Shown here piece by piece: positions 1-8,674 of a DNA stretch of 64,000 nt. Made by a program: the position numbers and the translations under genes. The stretch comes from a virus, in IMG/VR virus record IMGVR_UViG_3300048606_000091; one strand, given 5' to 3'. The notes below the pieces were generated by a model that saw nothing but the letters and a program-made list of their open reading frames with translations, was not told where the DNA came from and searched no databases. How positions within the stretch are numbered: position 1 is the stretch's first letter; every line of letters starts with the position of its first letter.

Positions 1-59
1 CAAAGTATTCCTGACCATCCAGAGGTCCCGCGACAAACATGGCCAGAAAGACTTGTTGT

Positions 60-293
60 CTAGGCAGCGATTTCATTGGGCATGGGAGTCTTCAGAACAT
101 GGTCAACCAAAGTCATCATGAGCTTGGCTGAACCAAGTCGATATCCGAACTCCTCCCATGCGAGAATTTCGTGTTGGATTAGCTCCCCCACCGGGCCCGG
201 ATAGACGCGCTGAGCCCGGAACGCAGCGGTCCGGAGCCGCAGGCGCTCGTGATGCTCGAATCTCTCCATACCAACGGATTCGGCCAGATGCAC
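60..293 (-). CDS. small conserved actinobacterial hypothetical protein
   Basis: ORF track; RVYPGPVGEL...LAWEEFGYRLG resembles a small actinobacterial family; start may be the ATG at 269. Confidence 0.65.
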   Translation of the reverse strand: MHLAESVGMERFEHHERLRLRTAAFRAQRVYPGPVGELIQHEILAWEEFGYRLGSAKLMMTLVDHVLKTPMPNEIAA

Positions 294-353
294 GGGGAAG
301 TTAGCGAGAACACAGCCAGCGCGCCAGAGCGGGGACTTCCTGCGCCCAGCGGC

Positions 354-1097
354 CTACTCGGCAGCGGTGATGAACGGAGAGGACGCGACCTCGGTGCCGT
401 CCTCCAGCTTCACGATGTTGAAGTCCGCGAACACGTTCTCCGCTACTTTCTGCAGCTCACGCAGCACCTGGATGGCGCACGCCCGGATCTCCACGTCCGC
501 ATGCTCGGAGGCTCGCATGGCCAGGAAGTGCCGCCAGGCCCGGTAGTTGCCAGTGATAACGATCTTCGTTTCGGTGGCGTTGGGCAGCACCGAGCGAGCG
601 GCTTGCCGGGAAGCCTTGCGCTGAGCTGTCTTCGACCAGTCCGGGTACAACCGCTCGAACTTCTCCATCAGCGCCGAGCCGATTGCCAGATACGACATCT
701 TCGCGTTGTCACACTGCCTGGTGAACAGGCTGAGCAGATCGGGGTCTTCCCCGATCACGGGCGGGACGACCATCTCCGCGTTGGCTTCGTTCACATACCG
801 CTGCGAGAGCTGCGAGTAGGAGAAGTGCCGGTGTCGCACCAGCTCGTGGGTGAACGAGCGGGACACCCCGGTGAAGTAGAACGACACCACACCGTGCTCC
901 AGCACGCTCATGTGTCCCACTTCAAGAATGTGACGCAGGTACCCGGCATTAGTCGCGGTCTCGGGGTTGGGCTTCTTCCAAGACTGATAGCACGCTCGGC
1001 CCGCCAGCTCGGCTAGTGCTTGACCCCCGACAGCATCCGTCTCCCATGGCACATCTGGTTTAACAAACTCAGTCTTGCCAACAAGTTGAACCTGCAC
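354..1097 (-). CDS. thyX: FAD-dependent thymidylate synthase
   Basis: [36 protein letters not shown] and EHADVEIR motifs; start re-set to GTG at 1097 after GAGGGG. Confidence 0.95.
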   Translation of the reverse strand: MQVQLVGKTEFVKPDVPWETDAVGGQALAELAGRACYQSWKKPNPETATNAGYLRHILEVGHMSVLEHGVVSFYFTGVSRSFTHELVRHRHFSYSQLSQRYVNEANAEMVVPPVIGEDPDLLSLFTRQCDNAKMSYLAIGSALMEKFERLYPDWSKTAQRKASRQAARSVLPNATETKIVITGNYRAWRHFLAMRASEHADVEIRACAIQVLRELQKVAENVFADFNIVKLEDGTEVASSPFITAAE

Positions 1098-1099
1098 TA

Positions 1100-1375
1100 C
1101 TAGCCCCTCGGGAGATAAGAAGATTGTTGTCTTGCTGCCACTGAATCCAGAGCGAACTCCCTGGTCACAGCCTCTTGAAAGATGCCGAACATAAACAAAA
1201 GGTCCCCGCTCCAGGGGACCTGTACATCCACACCTTCCACCGCCGTGACGTCCACACCCTGGCGGCGCAGCGCTTCCGCAAAGTGGGCAGCGCACTGCTC
1301 GTCATAGCAGGTGACCAGGATGGGAGCGCACATCACAACCCGGATTCCTCGAAGGGTGGCCACATCGAACCACAC
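1100..1375 (-). CDS. hypothetical protein
   Basis: ORF track; fills gap in the minus-strand gene run; start uncertain. Confidence 0.45.
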   Translation of the reverse strand: MWFDVATLRGIRVVMCAPILVTCYDEQCAAHFAEALRRQGVDVTAVEGVDVQVPWSGDLLFMFGIFQEAVTREFALDSVAARQQSSYLPRG

Positions 1376-1596
1376 CCCCAGCGATGGCAGCGCAGGTCAT
1401 CGGGGACGAACCGGCGGCTGATGGCCTGATACGTGTTAGTCCCGTAGATAGGACAGTGATCGACGGGAACACACGCGGGATGGCCACGATCGTCTATCAC
1501 ATGAAAGCGCGGGAGCCCGTGGAGAGGGGCAGCCATTCCAGCCTCAACCGAGACATACACGTGAGCGTGCACTAGATCACCCCTCTCGAAAGGCAC
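1333..1596 (-). CDS. hypothetical protein
   Basis: ORF track; GGGTAGTAG motif 5 nt upstream of GTG. Confidence 0.5.
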   Translation of the reverse strand: MPFERGDLVHAHVYVSVEAGMAAPLHGLPRFHVIDDRGHPACVPVDHCPIYGTNTYQAISRRFVPDDLRCHRWGCGSMWPPFEESGL

Positions 1597-1612
1597 GACA
1601 GCTACTACCCAG

Positions 1613-1927
1613 TCATTCGCCCCCGATCCGGGGCAGCTCCGACTCTTTATCTGTCTTCACTGTGTAAGGGTGATAACCAGCATTGCTGAGCGTTATCTCA
1701 TTGATATCATGAGCAGCATCACTGATCTGAGAAGTGTGGTCATCTATTCGGATCAACAAATCACGGTGATCCTTGAGAAGCTCCATCTCCGCACGATCAT
1801 GCTTACGACGCGTAAAGATGTCAAAAACAGTGACAGCAAATCCGAGAATGATCGACGGGACAGCGATCGTCTTCCACGGAATAGACTCCAGCAGCGAGAT
1901 GCCCTGCGCGAGGATCACGGCGCGCAC
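1613..1927 (-). CDS. single-pass membrane protein
   Basis: hydrophobic segment IAVPSIILGFAVTVFDIF followed by a charged region. Confidence 0.6.
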   Translation of the reverse strand: MRAVILAQGISLLESIPWKTIAVPSIILGFAVTVFDIFTRRKHDRAEMELLKDHRDLLIRIDDHTSQISDAAHDINEITLSNAGYHPYTVKTDKESELPRIGGE

Positions 1928-2388
1928 TTCCCCTCATGCCCAACTGGGTAGGCACACCGCTCCGGAGCAGATCCGTAGCCGCCATAGCAGGCGGTGTAGC
2001 ACTGCTCTACCTCAACCATCTCGAACTCACGAGCCGCCTCCTCTCGAAGCTCCCGAGCGGTCTCGATCTCCTGGGCGCCGAGCAGACCAGCCAGCACCTG
2101 CGCCCGAACACCGTCCGGGTCATAGCCACCAACGAAAGCCTCCAACACCCGGAGCGCGTCCCACGCCTTCTTCCTCTCATCGAACTCCGACTTAGAGTCC
2201 CGCGACTGCTCCAGAGCCACGTAGGCAGCGGCGAGTCGGTTGCGCATGACCCTTCGCAGGAACCACTCGGGAACGAAGTCAGGGTTGTCGATGATGCCAG
2301 AGCGTCGGCGCTCCTCCTGGTACGCAGCCCAGAACGGACCGTTCTGCTCGCGCAAGTCTATGAGATTCATGACTGTCTCTACCGCCAA
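1915..2388 (-). CDS. hypothetical protein with C-terminal Cys/His motif
   Basis: ORF track; CY..CY...C...GH..KC at C-terminus. Confidence 0.65.
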   Translation of the reverse strand: MAVETVMNLIDLREQNGPFWAAYQEERRRSGIIDNPDFVPEWFLRRVMRNRLAAAYVALEQSRDSKSEFDERKKAWDALRVLEAFVGGYDPDGVRAQVLAGLLGAQEIETARELREEAAREFEMVEVEQCYTACYGGYGSAPERCAYPVGHEGKCAP

Positions 2389-2570
2389 ACCAATTTAAAA
2401 AGAACCGCGACACACACAGGAATGACCACAATCAAGTAGATAGCCGACGCAAGCATTCCGAATTTGGTAGCAACTGTCACAAACAACCAAACCACTGCTA
2501 GGAAAACCGTCATGCCTATCATTCCGGCGCCGATAAACTTAAACATCTGAGGGGTAGTAATCTTGCTCAT
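2379..2570 (-). CDS. small two-TM membrane protein
   Basis: two hydrophobic helices; start overlaps upstream stop. Confidence 0.65.
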   Translation of the reverse strand: MSKITTPQMFKFIGAGMIGMTVFLAVVWLFVTVATKFGMLASAIYLIVVIPVCVAVLFKLVWR

Positions 2571-2842
2571 GGCTGCACCGACCCTAGAACACGGAACTCG
2601 GCCATGCAGTCCGCACAGCGATAACGCTCGTCATTGAGATACCTGGTGCGCTTGACCAACCGCAGGCTGGCACACCACTTACACCTCGGCGCGTTCAGAA
2701 GATTCAACTGATCCATGGCTGCGGTAACCAGCTCACGCGCGTCGTCACCCTGGACGATGCCGTAACAGACGTCATTCAGGCTGAGCGCCACCGCACGCAG
2801 CTCTGCCAGCAGTACCTCTACAGGAGTTTTAGTGTTCGTCAT
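2567..2842 (-). CDS. hypothetical protein with CxxC-CxxC zinc ribbon, leaderless MTNT class
   Basis: CKWC..CADC; starts ATGACGAAC 6 nt below a TAGTAT box. Confidence 0.75.
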   Translation of the reverse strand: MTNTKTPVEVLLAELRAVALSLNDVCYGIVQGDDARELVTAAMDQLNLLNAPRCKWCASLRLVKRTRYLNDERYRCADCMAEFRVLGSVQP

Positions 2843-2848
2843 GCCTGC

Positions 2849-2877
2849 ATACTACCCTAGATAGGTCAGCAAGGCAA
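2849..2877 (-). promoter_or_regulatory. sigma70-type promoter, leaderless transcript
   Basis: TTGCCT-N17-TAGTAT-N6-ATG. Confidence 0.6.
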
Positions 2878-2882
2878 GCAAC

Positions 2883-3245
2883 TTAGTCATCCAACGCCTG
2901 CCGGTCACCCTTGACGTCGAACTGGGTCCAGGCCCGCATCGGCTGCTGACGATCGATGGCGACCCGCGCCTGCGCGACCGGCAGCCCGGTCAGCGTCACC
3001 AGGCTGTCCTCGGCCCGGATGCGCTTGGTGCGCTCGTTGCCCCAGAGCATGCCGAACACCACCGCGCCGATGATGCCCAGGAACGCCACCCCGAACACCA
3101 CGGTGAGCAGCACCATGGAACCGCTGTCGCCGGTGTTGTTGATGATGACCGGCGGAGCGGCCTGCTGTGGTGCCTGCTCACACGAAGTCAGAGTGACCAA
3201 CAACAAGATGGGCACAACCAACAGTGCTGGCAAGACACGAGTCAT
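2883..3245 (-). CDS. putative lipoprotein/membrane protein
   Basis: signal-like N-terminus with LTSC, second TM segment; GGGTAGTAC-N6-ATG. Confidence 0.7.
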   Translation of the reverse strand: MTRVLPALLVVPILLLVTLTSCEQAPQQAAPPVIINNTGDSGSMVLLTVVFGVAFLGIIGAVVFGMLWGNERTKRIRAEDSLVTLTGLPVAQARVAIDRQQPMRAWTQFDVKGDRQALDD

Positions 3246-3556
3246 GACTCGGTACTACCCCACCGAATCACCCGGGCGGGCAACCAGAGCTTGACCACGG
3301 TCGACCAAGGGTGCACGCGCGGCATATCGCTCTGGTGCCAGCCGTCCTTCAGACGCTCCAGTTGAAAGGACGGCTCTTGCGACAACGACTCCAGCAGGCT
3401 GCCCAGCGGAGGCTCGGACGGCCACTTGATCAGCTTAAATGTCTTGTCAACCGTCGAAAACTCAGCCCGGTGCGTGCCCACGGCATCCTTGACCCACTGC
3501 GGAGCGGGCGGAACCACACGCTTGGGCGGCACCAGACCCTCGTAGCCGACCATCAC
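3242..3556 (-). CDS. hypothetical protein
   Basis: ORF track; GTGA overlap with upstream stop at 3553-3556. Confidence 0.6.
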   Translation of the reverse strand: MMVGYEGLVPPKRVVPPAPQWVKDAVGTHRAEFSTVDKTFKLIKWPSEPPLGSLLESLSQEPSFQLERLKDGWHQSDMPRVHPWSTVVKLWLPARVIRWGSTES

Positions 3557-4179
3557 AAGCCCTCGCGCTTCGCCTTGGCCACACCACAGTCCGGAGCACA
3601 CGTGTCAGAATCACAGCGCGGATCGTGGTCGGGAGCGAAGTGCCGAGCCAACTGTGTCACCCGGGTGGCGAGCAGCTCGTTGTGGCGGCCATTGGCGATG
3701 CTTCGAATCAAGATAGCCAGCGTCTCGGCAGCGTCTTGCTCAAGATCAGAGTCCCCTCGGTCCAGCACCAGCGTGGCACGGAACAAAAGATCCTTATCCG
3801 CATCACTCAAGAAGTAAGAGATCGGAAACTCGTCAAGGTCTGGCACAGCCCGAGTCGCGCGCACCACCTCGTTGTAGCGCTCCTCGGAGAGCTGCCACAC
3901 GTGGATATCTGGGCCACCACGCGGATCACGTATCACCGCCGTGCCCAACCGATTGGCACGGAGATTCTGTCGCAGCGACGAACTCACAGCGGCGTCCAGG
4001 TGCTTGTTCAGCGGCGAGCCGGAGGGAAGCTTCTTCCACTGCCACATCGGACGACGACCACGCATGATCCGCATGCAGATCCAACGCGCACCACAACCCG
4101 GATCGGGGCAGTCCCAGCGCCGCTCGTTCCACGAGCCCTCGGTGGTGAACGGAGGCAGGTTACACAAGTCCTTGCTCAC
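3553..4179 (-). CDS. hypothetical protein with Cys motifs
   Basis: CPDPGC and HDPRCDSDTC; GTGA overlap at 4176-4179. Confidence 0.65.
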   Translation of the reverse strand: MSKDLCNLPPFTTEGSWNERRWDCPDPGCGARWICMRIMRGRRPMWQWKKLPSGSPLNKHLDAAVSSSLRQNLRANRLGTAVIRDPRGGPDIHVWQLSEERYNEVVRATRAVPDLDEFPISYFLSDADKDLLFRATLVLDRGDSDLEQDAAETLAILIRSIANGRHNELLATRVTQLARHFAPDHDPRCDSDTCAPDCGVAKAKREGL

Positions 4180-4793
4180 AGCTCCTCCTCGACACAGTTC
4201 AGGCACAGCCGGTTCCGGTCATCCCACTCCTCCGAGCGGCACTCCCCGCACGCCAGGGCACCACAGTCCATGCAGTTATCCCGCAGCGGGTTGCACGTCG
4301 GGGGATCCGCGTTCGCATGCGCGCCACCGAACCCGCCATAGCCGGCCGGGTCCTCGCAGTTCTCCCACACCACACCGCAGTGCTCGTACTCCAGCAGCTC
4401 GCCGGTCAGAGGATCCGCGACCGTGTCAACCTCGTAGTGGGATTGTACCCACGCGGTCAGGGAGGGGTGCACCGGCTGCTCGTCAGCCTTGAGTGCGGCG
4501 GCATCGTAGAGATCGAGCCGCTCCGCGATGCGCATGGTCTGATTGGGCGCCTGCTCACGCTCCATGGTCGCCATCGCGCCCGCGCAGAACCGGTCACCCG
4601 GACCGGGGACCATGGCCCCGTCCTCAGCATCGGAGGGGACGGTGGTCTCGTGGCAGGAAAAGATCGAGCCACCGCGCAGCGCGGAGGCGATCTCGGCGGC
4701 GCGATCCGGGCGCAGGTACGGCTCGATGTCGGTCCGGAACGGACACTTCGCACACGGCTTCTTCAGCCGGTAGGTCATCTTGGTGTTCGTCAT
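4176..4793 (-). CDS. Cys-rich protein (DUF6283-like PCxxCPFR...CH...CAG), leaderless MTNT class
   Basis: PCAKCPFR, FSCHE and FCAGA motifs plus C-terminal CxxC pairs. Confidence 0.7.
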   Translation of the reverse strand: MTNTKMTYRLKKPCAKCPFRTDIEPYLRPDRAAEIASALRGGSIFSCHETTVPSDAEDGAMVPGPGDRFCAGAMATMEREQAPNQTMRIAERLDLYDAAALKADEQPVHPSLTAWVQSHYEVDTVADPLTGELLEYEHCGVVWENCEDPAGYGGFGGAHANADPPTCNPLRDNCMDCGALACGECRSEEWDDRNRLCLNCVEEEL

Positions 4794-4799
4794 GCATGC

Positions 4800-4829
4800 A
4801 TACTACCCAGCAACAGGGCAGCATGTCAA
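4800..4829 (-). promoter_or_regulatory. sigma70-type promoter, leaderless transcript
   Basis: TTGACA-N18-TAGTAT-N6-ATG. Confidence 0.7.
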
Positions 4830-4842
4830 GCAAGTCAGCAGA

Positions 4843-5076
4843 TCAACATGTCTTGTCCAGCGGAACCACAGTGATGGCACCGGTGGTGCTCTCATAGATC
4901 CGGTTCGCCGCACGCTGACCGTCCACCGTCGACGGCGAATCACACCACGTGGTGTACGGAGGCTGGGCCGCGAACGCGCCCAGCTCGTATGCAGTGATGA
5001 GACAGGCAACGATTGCAATCGCTACCATTAAGATAAGAATGGTAGTTTCGCGGCGGGTTAAGTCGACTCGTCCCAT
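4843..5076 (-). CDS. small membrane protein
   Basis: N-terminal TM helix. Confidence 0.6.
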   Translation of the reverse strand: MGRVDLTRRETTILILMVAIAIVACLITAYELGAFAAQPPYTTWCDSPSTVDGQRAANRIYESTTGAITVVPLDKTC

Positions 5077-5101
5077 GCATTAGTATTCGGGCACCAAGCC
5101 C

Positions 5102-5731
5102 TTACCAGTTGGAATCCGTGCTCGACGGCGGGTCGTAGCTCGGAGCCGGTGAGGGATCCGGTGTGTACGACGGCGGCGGGTCATAGCTGGGCGGGGGATC
5201 GTACGCGGGAGCAGGCTCGGGAACGCTCCGCTCGACGCCGGAGGACGCCGGCTGAGGGTCCGGGGCGGAAGCGGGCCAGTCATCCCGGGACTCGTCCACC
5301 GGAGAAAGATCGACCTGCTGCAGATCATCCGAAGAATCCGGCACGAAGTCAAACGCAGAATCGTACGAATTCGGGTCCACGTAGTCCGGCACGCCATCAC
5401 CATCGGTGTCCGGAGCCAGAGCCTGGCTCACCGCCAGACCCGTGACACCCACGTAGCCCTCGTTGAAGTAGTCCTCTTCCTCCTCCACCCGGCGATGGCG
5501 CGCGCTGCGCAAGCGCTGCTGCTCTGCCCGGATGGTCTTGGAGGGCGGCCCGACCGACTTGCCCGTGCGCACGGAGTCGGGGTCCTTCTCTTGATTCACA
5601 GCGACCATGCGCCTAACGGTCGCGCGAGCACGACGCTTCTTGATGGCCGCGTCCCGGCGGTTGAGACCCCAGATGGTCGCGGCAACCGCCACTACAGCAA
5701 ACGCCACGCTAGCGATAATCCAGCCCATCAT
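5102..5731 (-). CDS. membrane-anchored protein with acidic Pro/Ser/Asp-rich tail
   Basis: GAGGAG RBS before ATG 5731; TM helix then YDPPPS-type low-complexity tail. Confidence 0.75.
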   Translation of the reverse strand: MMGWIIASVAFAVVAVAATIWGLNRRDAAIKKRRARATVRRMVAVNQEKDPDSVRTGKSVGPPSKTIRAEQQRLRSARHRRVEEEEDYFNEGYVGVTGLAVSQALAPDTDGDGVPDYVDPNSYDSAFDFVPDSSDDLQQVDLSPVDESRDDWPASAPDPQPASSGVERSVPEPAPAYDPPPSYDPPPSYTPDPSPAPSYDPPSSTDSNW

Positions 5732-5767
5732 GATCTCCTCAAGAGTTTTGTCAACAGGAGAAGGTAG

Positions 5768-5842
5768 TACCCCCGACAGGATTCGAACCTGCATCGAACG
5801 ACTTAGAAGATCGTTGCCTTATCCAAATTAGACCACGAGGGC
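5768..5842 (-). tRNA. tRNA-Arg(TCT)
   Basis: acceptor GCCCTCG/CGGGGGT, anticodon loop CT-TCT-AA, T-loop TTCGAAT. Confidence 0.9.
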
Positions 5843-5847
5843 TTGCG

Positions 5848-5933
5848 TACCCCCGGCAGGATTCGAACCTGCGATGGTGCTTTCGCACGTCGGATTAAAA
5901 GTCCGGAGAGATCGGCCGCTAGTCGACGAGGGC
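5848..5933 (-). tRNA. tRNA with TTT (Lys) anticodon and long variable arm
   Basis: acceptor GCCCTCG/CGGGGGT, loop CT-TTT-AA, variable hairpin GTGC-GAAA-GCAC, canonical T-arm, weak D-stem. Confidence 0.75.
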
Positions 5934-5955
5934 ATGTCTTATTCAATTGTTGGAG

Positions 5956-6026
5956 AGCCGCAGTCAGGAATCGGACCTGAGTCGATCGTTTACGAGACGA
6001 TTGCTCGACCACTGAGCTACTGCGAC
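5956..6026 (-). tRNA. tRNA-Thr(CGT)
   Basis: acceptor GTCGCAG/CTGCGGC, stem ATCGT/ACGAT, loop CT-CGT-AA. Confidence 0.88.
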
Positions 6027-6037
6027 GAGACATCTTG

Positions 6038-6046
6038 ATTGTACCC
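6038..6046 (-). promoter_or_regulatory. extended -10 promoter element ahead of tRNA-Thr/Lys/Arg
   Basis: GGGTACAAT 12 nt upstream of the tRNA-Thr 5' end; same form as the GGGTA-N-N-A-N motif seen before many genes. Confidence 0.6.
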
Positions 6047-6057
6047 GGAGCGGCAAC

Positions 6058-7185
6058 TGGTAAGTCGTGTGGGGAGGCAAGGGACGCACAAGGGCAGGGA
6101 AGTCAAAAGGGGTAGGAGGGTACGGGGCGCAAGGGGAAGTCGGATGGATTGACGGGGGCACGATCAGGAAAGTCGGGTGGGGATGAGCCGGCGATGGCGA
6201 GGGAAGTCGGGCGGTGGGGGGTGGGATTGGCGAGGGTTGTCGGCTGGAGCGGGTGGGACCGGCGGAGACAGGGTAGTCGGGCGGGCCGGAAGGGCGTGTC
6301 ATGGCACGACCTGGGAAGTCGAACAGGGCGGGGCCGGGTCGAGTTGCGCAGGGTAGTCATACGCGGTGGGACGGTGTGGTACAGCGCGGAAGGTCGGCGG
6401 GGCAGGGTCGGAGAAGGACGGGTAGTCGTGTTGGCTGGCAGTGGGGAGGGACGCTAGGGCAAGGATTGTCATGGGGGAAGTACGGGGATGGGCCGACGCC
6501 GGATAGTCGGAAGAGAAGCCGTGGGTTATCAGGTGACGAGTTGTCGATTCGGGAAGAAAGGGACTGGCCGGAGGAGGTTCGTCGACAAGAGTGGGCCCGG
6601 ATCGCGGAGGTCCAGAGTAGTCAGACGGGGTGGGCAGGGGCGAGATAGGACAGCCAAGTCGGCGGAGTTGGGCGGGATCGCGGGGCCTCGGCTCGGGAGG
6701 TGTAGTCATTCGGGATGGGTGGGACGGGGAAACGGGGGGTTGTCGCGTGGCGAGAACTGAGAGGGCGAGGGGAGTCGGGTGGCGCGGGCTGGGAGGTGCA
6801 GGGGAGAGGGCGAGTAGTCGAAATGGGAAGGGCTGACGGTGGGTTGGGAAGTCGTGGGGATGTGGGACGGCGCGGCGATGGTGGATCTGGTCCGTCAAGC
6901 GGGCTGAGCGGGCACGCATTGGGAAGTCACGGGGATTGGCGGGATGGGGCGCGCGTTGCCACGTCGAGCGGGGAAGGCCGGGACTGAGACGGGTAGTCAC
7001 GCGGGCTGAGCGGGCACGCGGCGCGAGGGCCGGGGAAGTCGGGTGGGACGCAATAGGCGAGGGCCGGGTTGTCACAAGGACAGGCCGGATCTGGTTAGCG
7101 TTGTCGGGGCGGGATGGATCGGCATACGGCGGGAAGTCACACGGGTCGGAAAGGGATGGCACGGGACGGGTCTACTTGTCGTGCG
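6058..7185. repeat. pentamer-phased repeat array 1 (about 30 units)
   Basis: 31 anchors GGGWWGTCR on + strand; manual spacings cluster at 32-34, 37-39, 42-43 and 47 nt; intervening DNA parses as GNNNN/GGNNN pentamers. Confidence 0.9.
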
Positions 7186-7215
7186 TCGGGCTTGCCCAGC
7201 CTGTCTTCACAGGAC

Positions 7216-7419
7216 TTAGTAGGACCGGTGCCTATCCCCGGATTTGACTCCATAGTGTACTACCGGCTTCTCCATCCGGTCCGCCTTGCGGCTTTCGCGC
7301 AACTGCACCTTGAGCACACAGACCAATGCGATGGACACGATAATCAAAACCGTGGCCATCACACCCAGCACAAGCCACTGAAAGTCATCTTCATCCTGCA
7401 TGGTAATTGCGAGCAGCAT
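7216..7419 (-). CDS. small membrane protein
   Basis: TM helix; AAGGAC RBS; GGTAGGAC motif upstream. Confidence 0.65.
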   Translation of the reverse strand: MLLAITMQDEDDFQWLVLGVMATVLIIVSIALVCVLKVQLRESRKADRMEKPVVHYGVKSGDRHRSY

Positions 7420-7496
7420 TTACTGTCCTTCCAACCCGAGGGCCAGGGGTTGGCACAAGTCCTACCACCGGGCACCCGGACGCAGCTGAGAGCCGC

Positions 7497-7796
7497 TCAG
7501 GCGTAAGTGAAGTTCGCGGAGACCAGTTTGGGCGATGACGTCACAATAAATGCGATATCTACGGTCACCGAACGGTTACGAATGTAGATCTCATCACCGG
7601 TGACATCCAAAACCAGATCTTCGTTTTGGGGAATCTGATAGCCGGTAGTATCTAATGCGCTATTCACTACATGAAGTACATCATTATTGTTAATACACTG
7701 AATTCGAACCTTATAAGACCCAAGTGTAATACCAGTAGCACTAAGAATTCCTACAGTTGTGCTACCAGGAATAGTCAGTGTCTTTACAGCAAGCAT
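7497..7796 (-). CDS. AT-rich small beta-strand-rich protein
   Basis: ORF track; similar N-terminus to 7809-8075. Confidence 0.65.
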   Translation of the reverse strand: MLAVKTLTIPGSTTVGILSATGITLGSYKVRIQCINNNDVLHVVNSALDTTGYQIPQNEDLVLDVTGDEIYIRNRSVTVDIAFIVTSSPKLVSANFTYA

Positions 7797-7808
7797 CTAT
7801 GAAACGCC

Positions 7809-8075
7809 TCAATCCTTAGGAAGGAACAGCACGTCGACATCTGTTTCCGTGTCTGAAATATTCATTACGTAAATCTCTTCACTGACTGTAAATGTAGACT
7901 GAGCATTCAATCGAAACTTGACTGCAGTATCAGACGGGCCATTCACAAGTCGTAAGGGTGCAGAGTTTACAGAATTGAGGTAAATCTCATTTAAAGCTAC
8001 AGATACATCTGAAGCATCGAACAGTCCCACCACACCGTTGGCTGGTATAGTAATCCGTTTTACTGATGCAGACAT
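7809..8075 (-). CDS. AT-rich small beta-strand-rich protein
   Basis: ORF track; GGAGA RBS; similar to 7497-7796. Confidence 0.65.
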   Translation of the reverse strand: MSASVKRITIPANGVVGLFDASDVSVALNEIYLNSVNSAPLRLVNGPSDTAVKFRLNAQSTFTVSEEIYVMNISDTETDVDVLFLPKD

Positions 8076-8130
8076 AGTATCTCCATTACCAAGCTAGGAC
8101 GCGTCAAAACAATATTCGACCTAGCCAACG

Positions 8131-8201
8131 CACCCCCGCCAGGATTCGAACCTGATCTGTCAGTTTAGGAAACTGGTGTGCATCCCGTACACCACGGGGG
8201 C
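8131..8201 (-). tRNA. tRNA-Arg(CCT)
   Basis: acceptor GCCCCCG/CGGGGGT, loop TT-CCT-AA, T-loop TTCGAAT. Confidence 0.85.
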
Positions 8202-8209
8202 TAATGAAG

Positions 8210-8674
8210 TTATGTCCTACCACGCGCGAGCCGGAACGCGGCGGTCAGCGTGCGGGAGATCGACTCGAACTCCTCGCACCACAACGTCGAACCCCGAGCC
8301 CAGTTGAGAGCCTCCACCACCGGCAAGCCCCACTCTCCGTCCACGACCAGCTCGAACGTCGTCCAGTCGATCGCGCCCGAGCGGCCGGTGCGCCAGTGGC
8401 CCCGATAGTTGTACTCGTCCATGTATTCCGCGAGCTTGATGCACTCCGCCTCGGTCAGCTGGATGCGATGCTTGAACGGCTCGTCATTGTCAAGGTCCCG
8501 TGCGCGGCAACTGGCCTTCGCTGCCGCGCGGGTCCACTTGAACAGCTCGTCGTCCTCATCCTCGGCGTCGGCCAGCACGTAGAACTCCGCAGCCAGCTCA
8601 CGCAGCTGAGCAGCCGCGAACGCCTGCGCCTCGGTGGGTCGCTGCACCTTCAGATCTAAGCGTGTGTTCGTCAT
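8210..8674 (-). CDS. hypothetical protein, MTNT class
   Basis: GGGTAGGAC-N6-ATGACGAAC. Confidence 0.75.
   Translation of the reverse strand: MTNTRLDLKVQRPTEAQAFAAAQLRELAAEFYVLADAEDEDDELFKWTRAAAKASCRARDLDNDEPFKHRIQLTEAECIKLAEYMDEYNYRGHWRTGRSGAIDWTTFELVVDGEWGLPVVEALNWARGSTLWCEEFESISRTLTAAFRLARGRT

Noticed and set aside
5102-5330. Short YDPPPS-type repeats as a DNA repeat element
   Set aside because: In-frame, codon-multiple repeats forming an ordinary low-complexity protein tail.
5964-7247. Multiple Pro/Arg- or Gly/Arg-rich ORFs across array 1 (e.g. 6299-7162, 287 aa)
   Set aside because: The repeat period is 5 nt and unit lengths are mostly not multiples of 3, so motifs such as DFP and DYP drift between frames. 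There is no RBS or promoter-linked start. They are best explained as shadow ORFs of a GC-skewed array.
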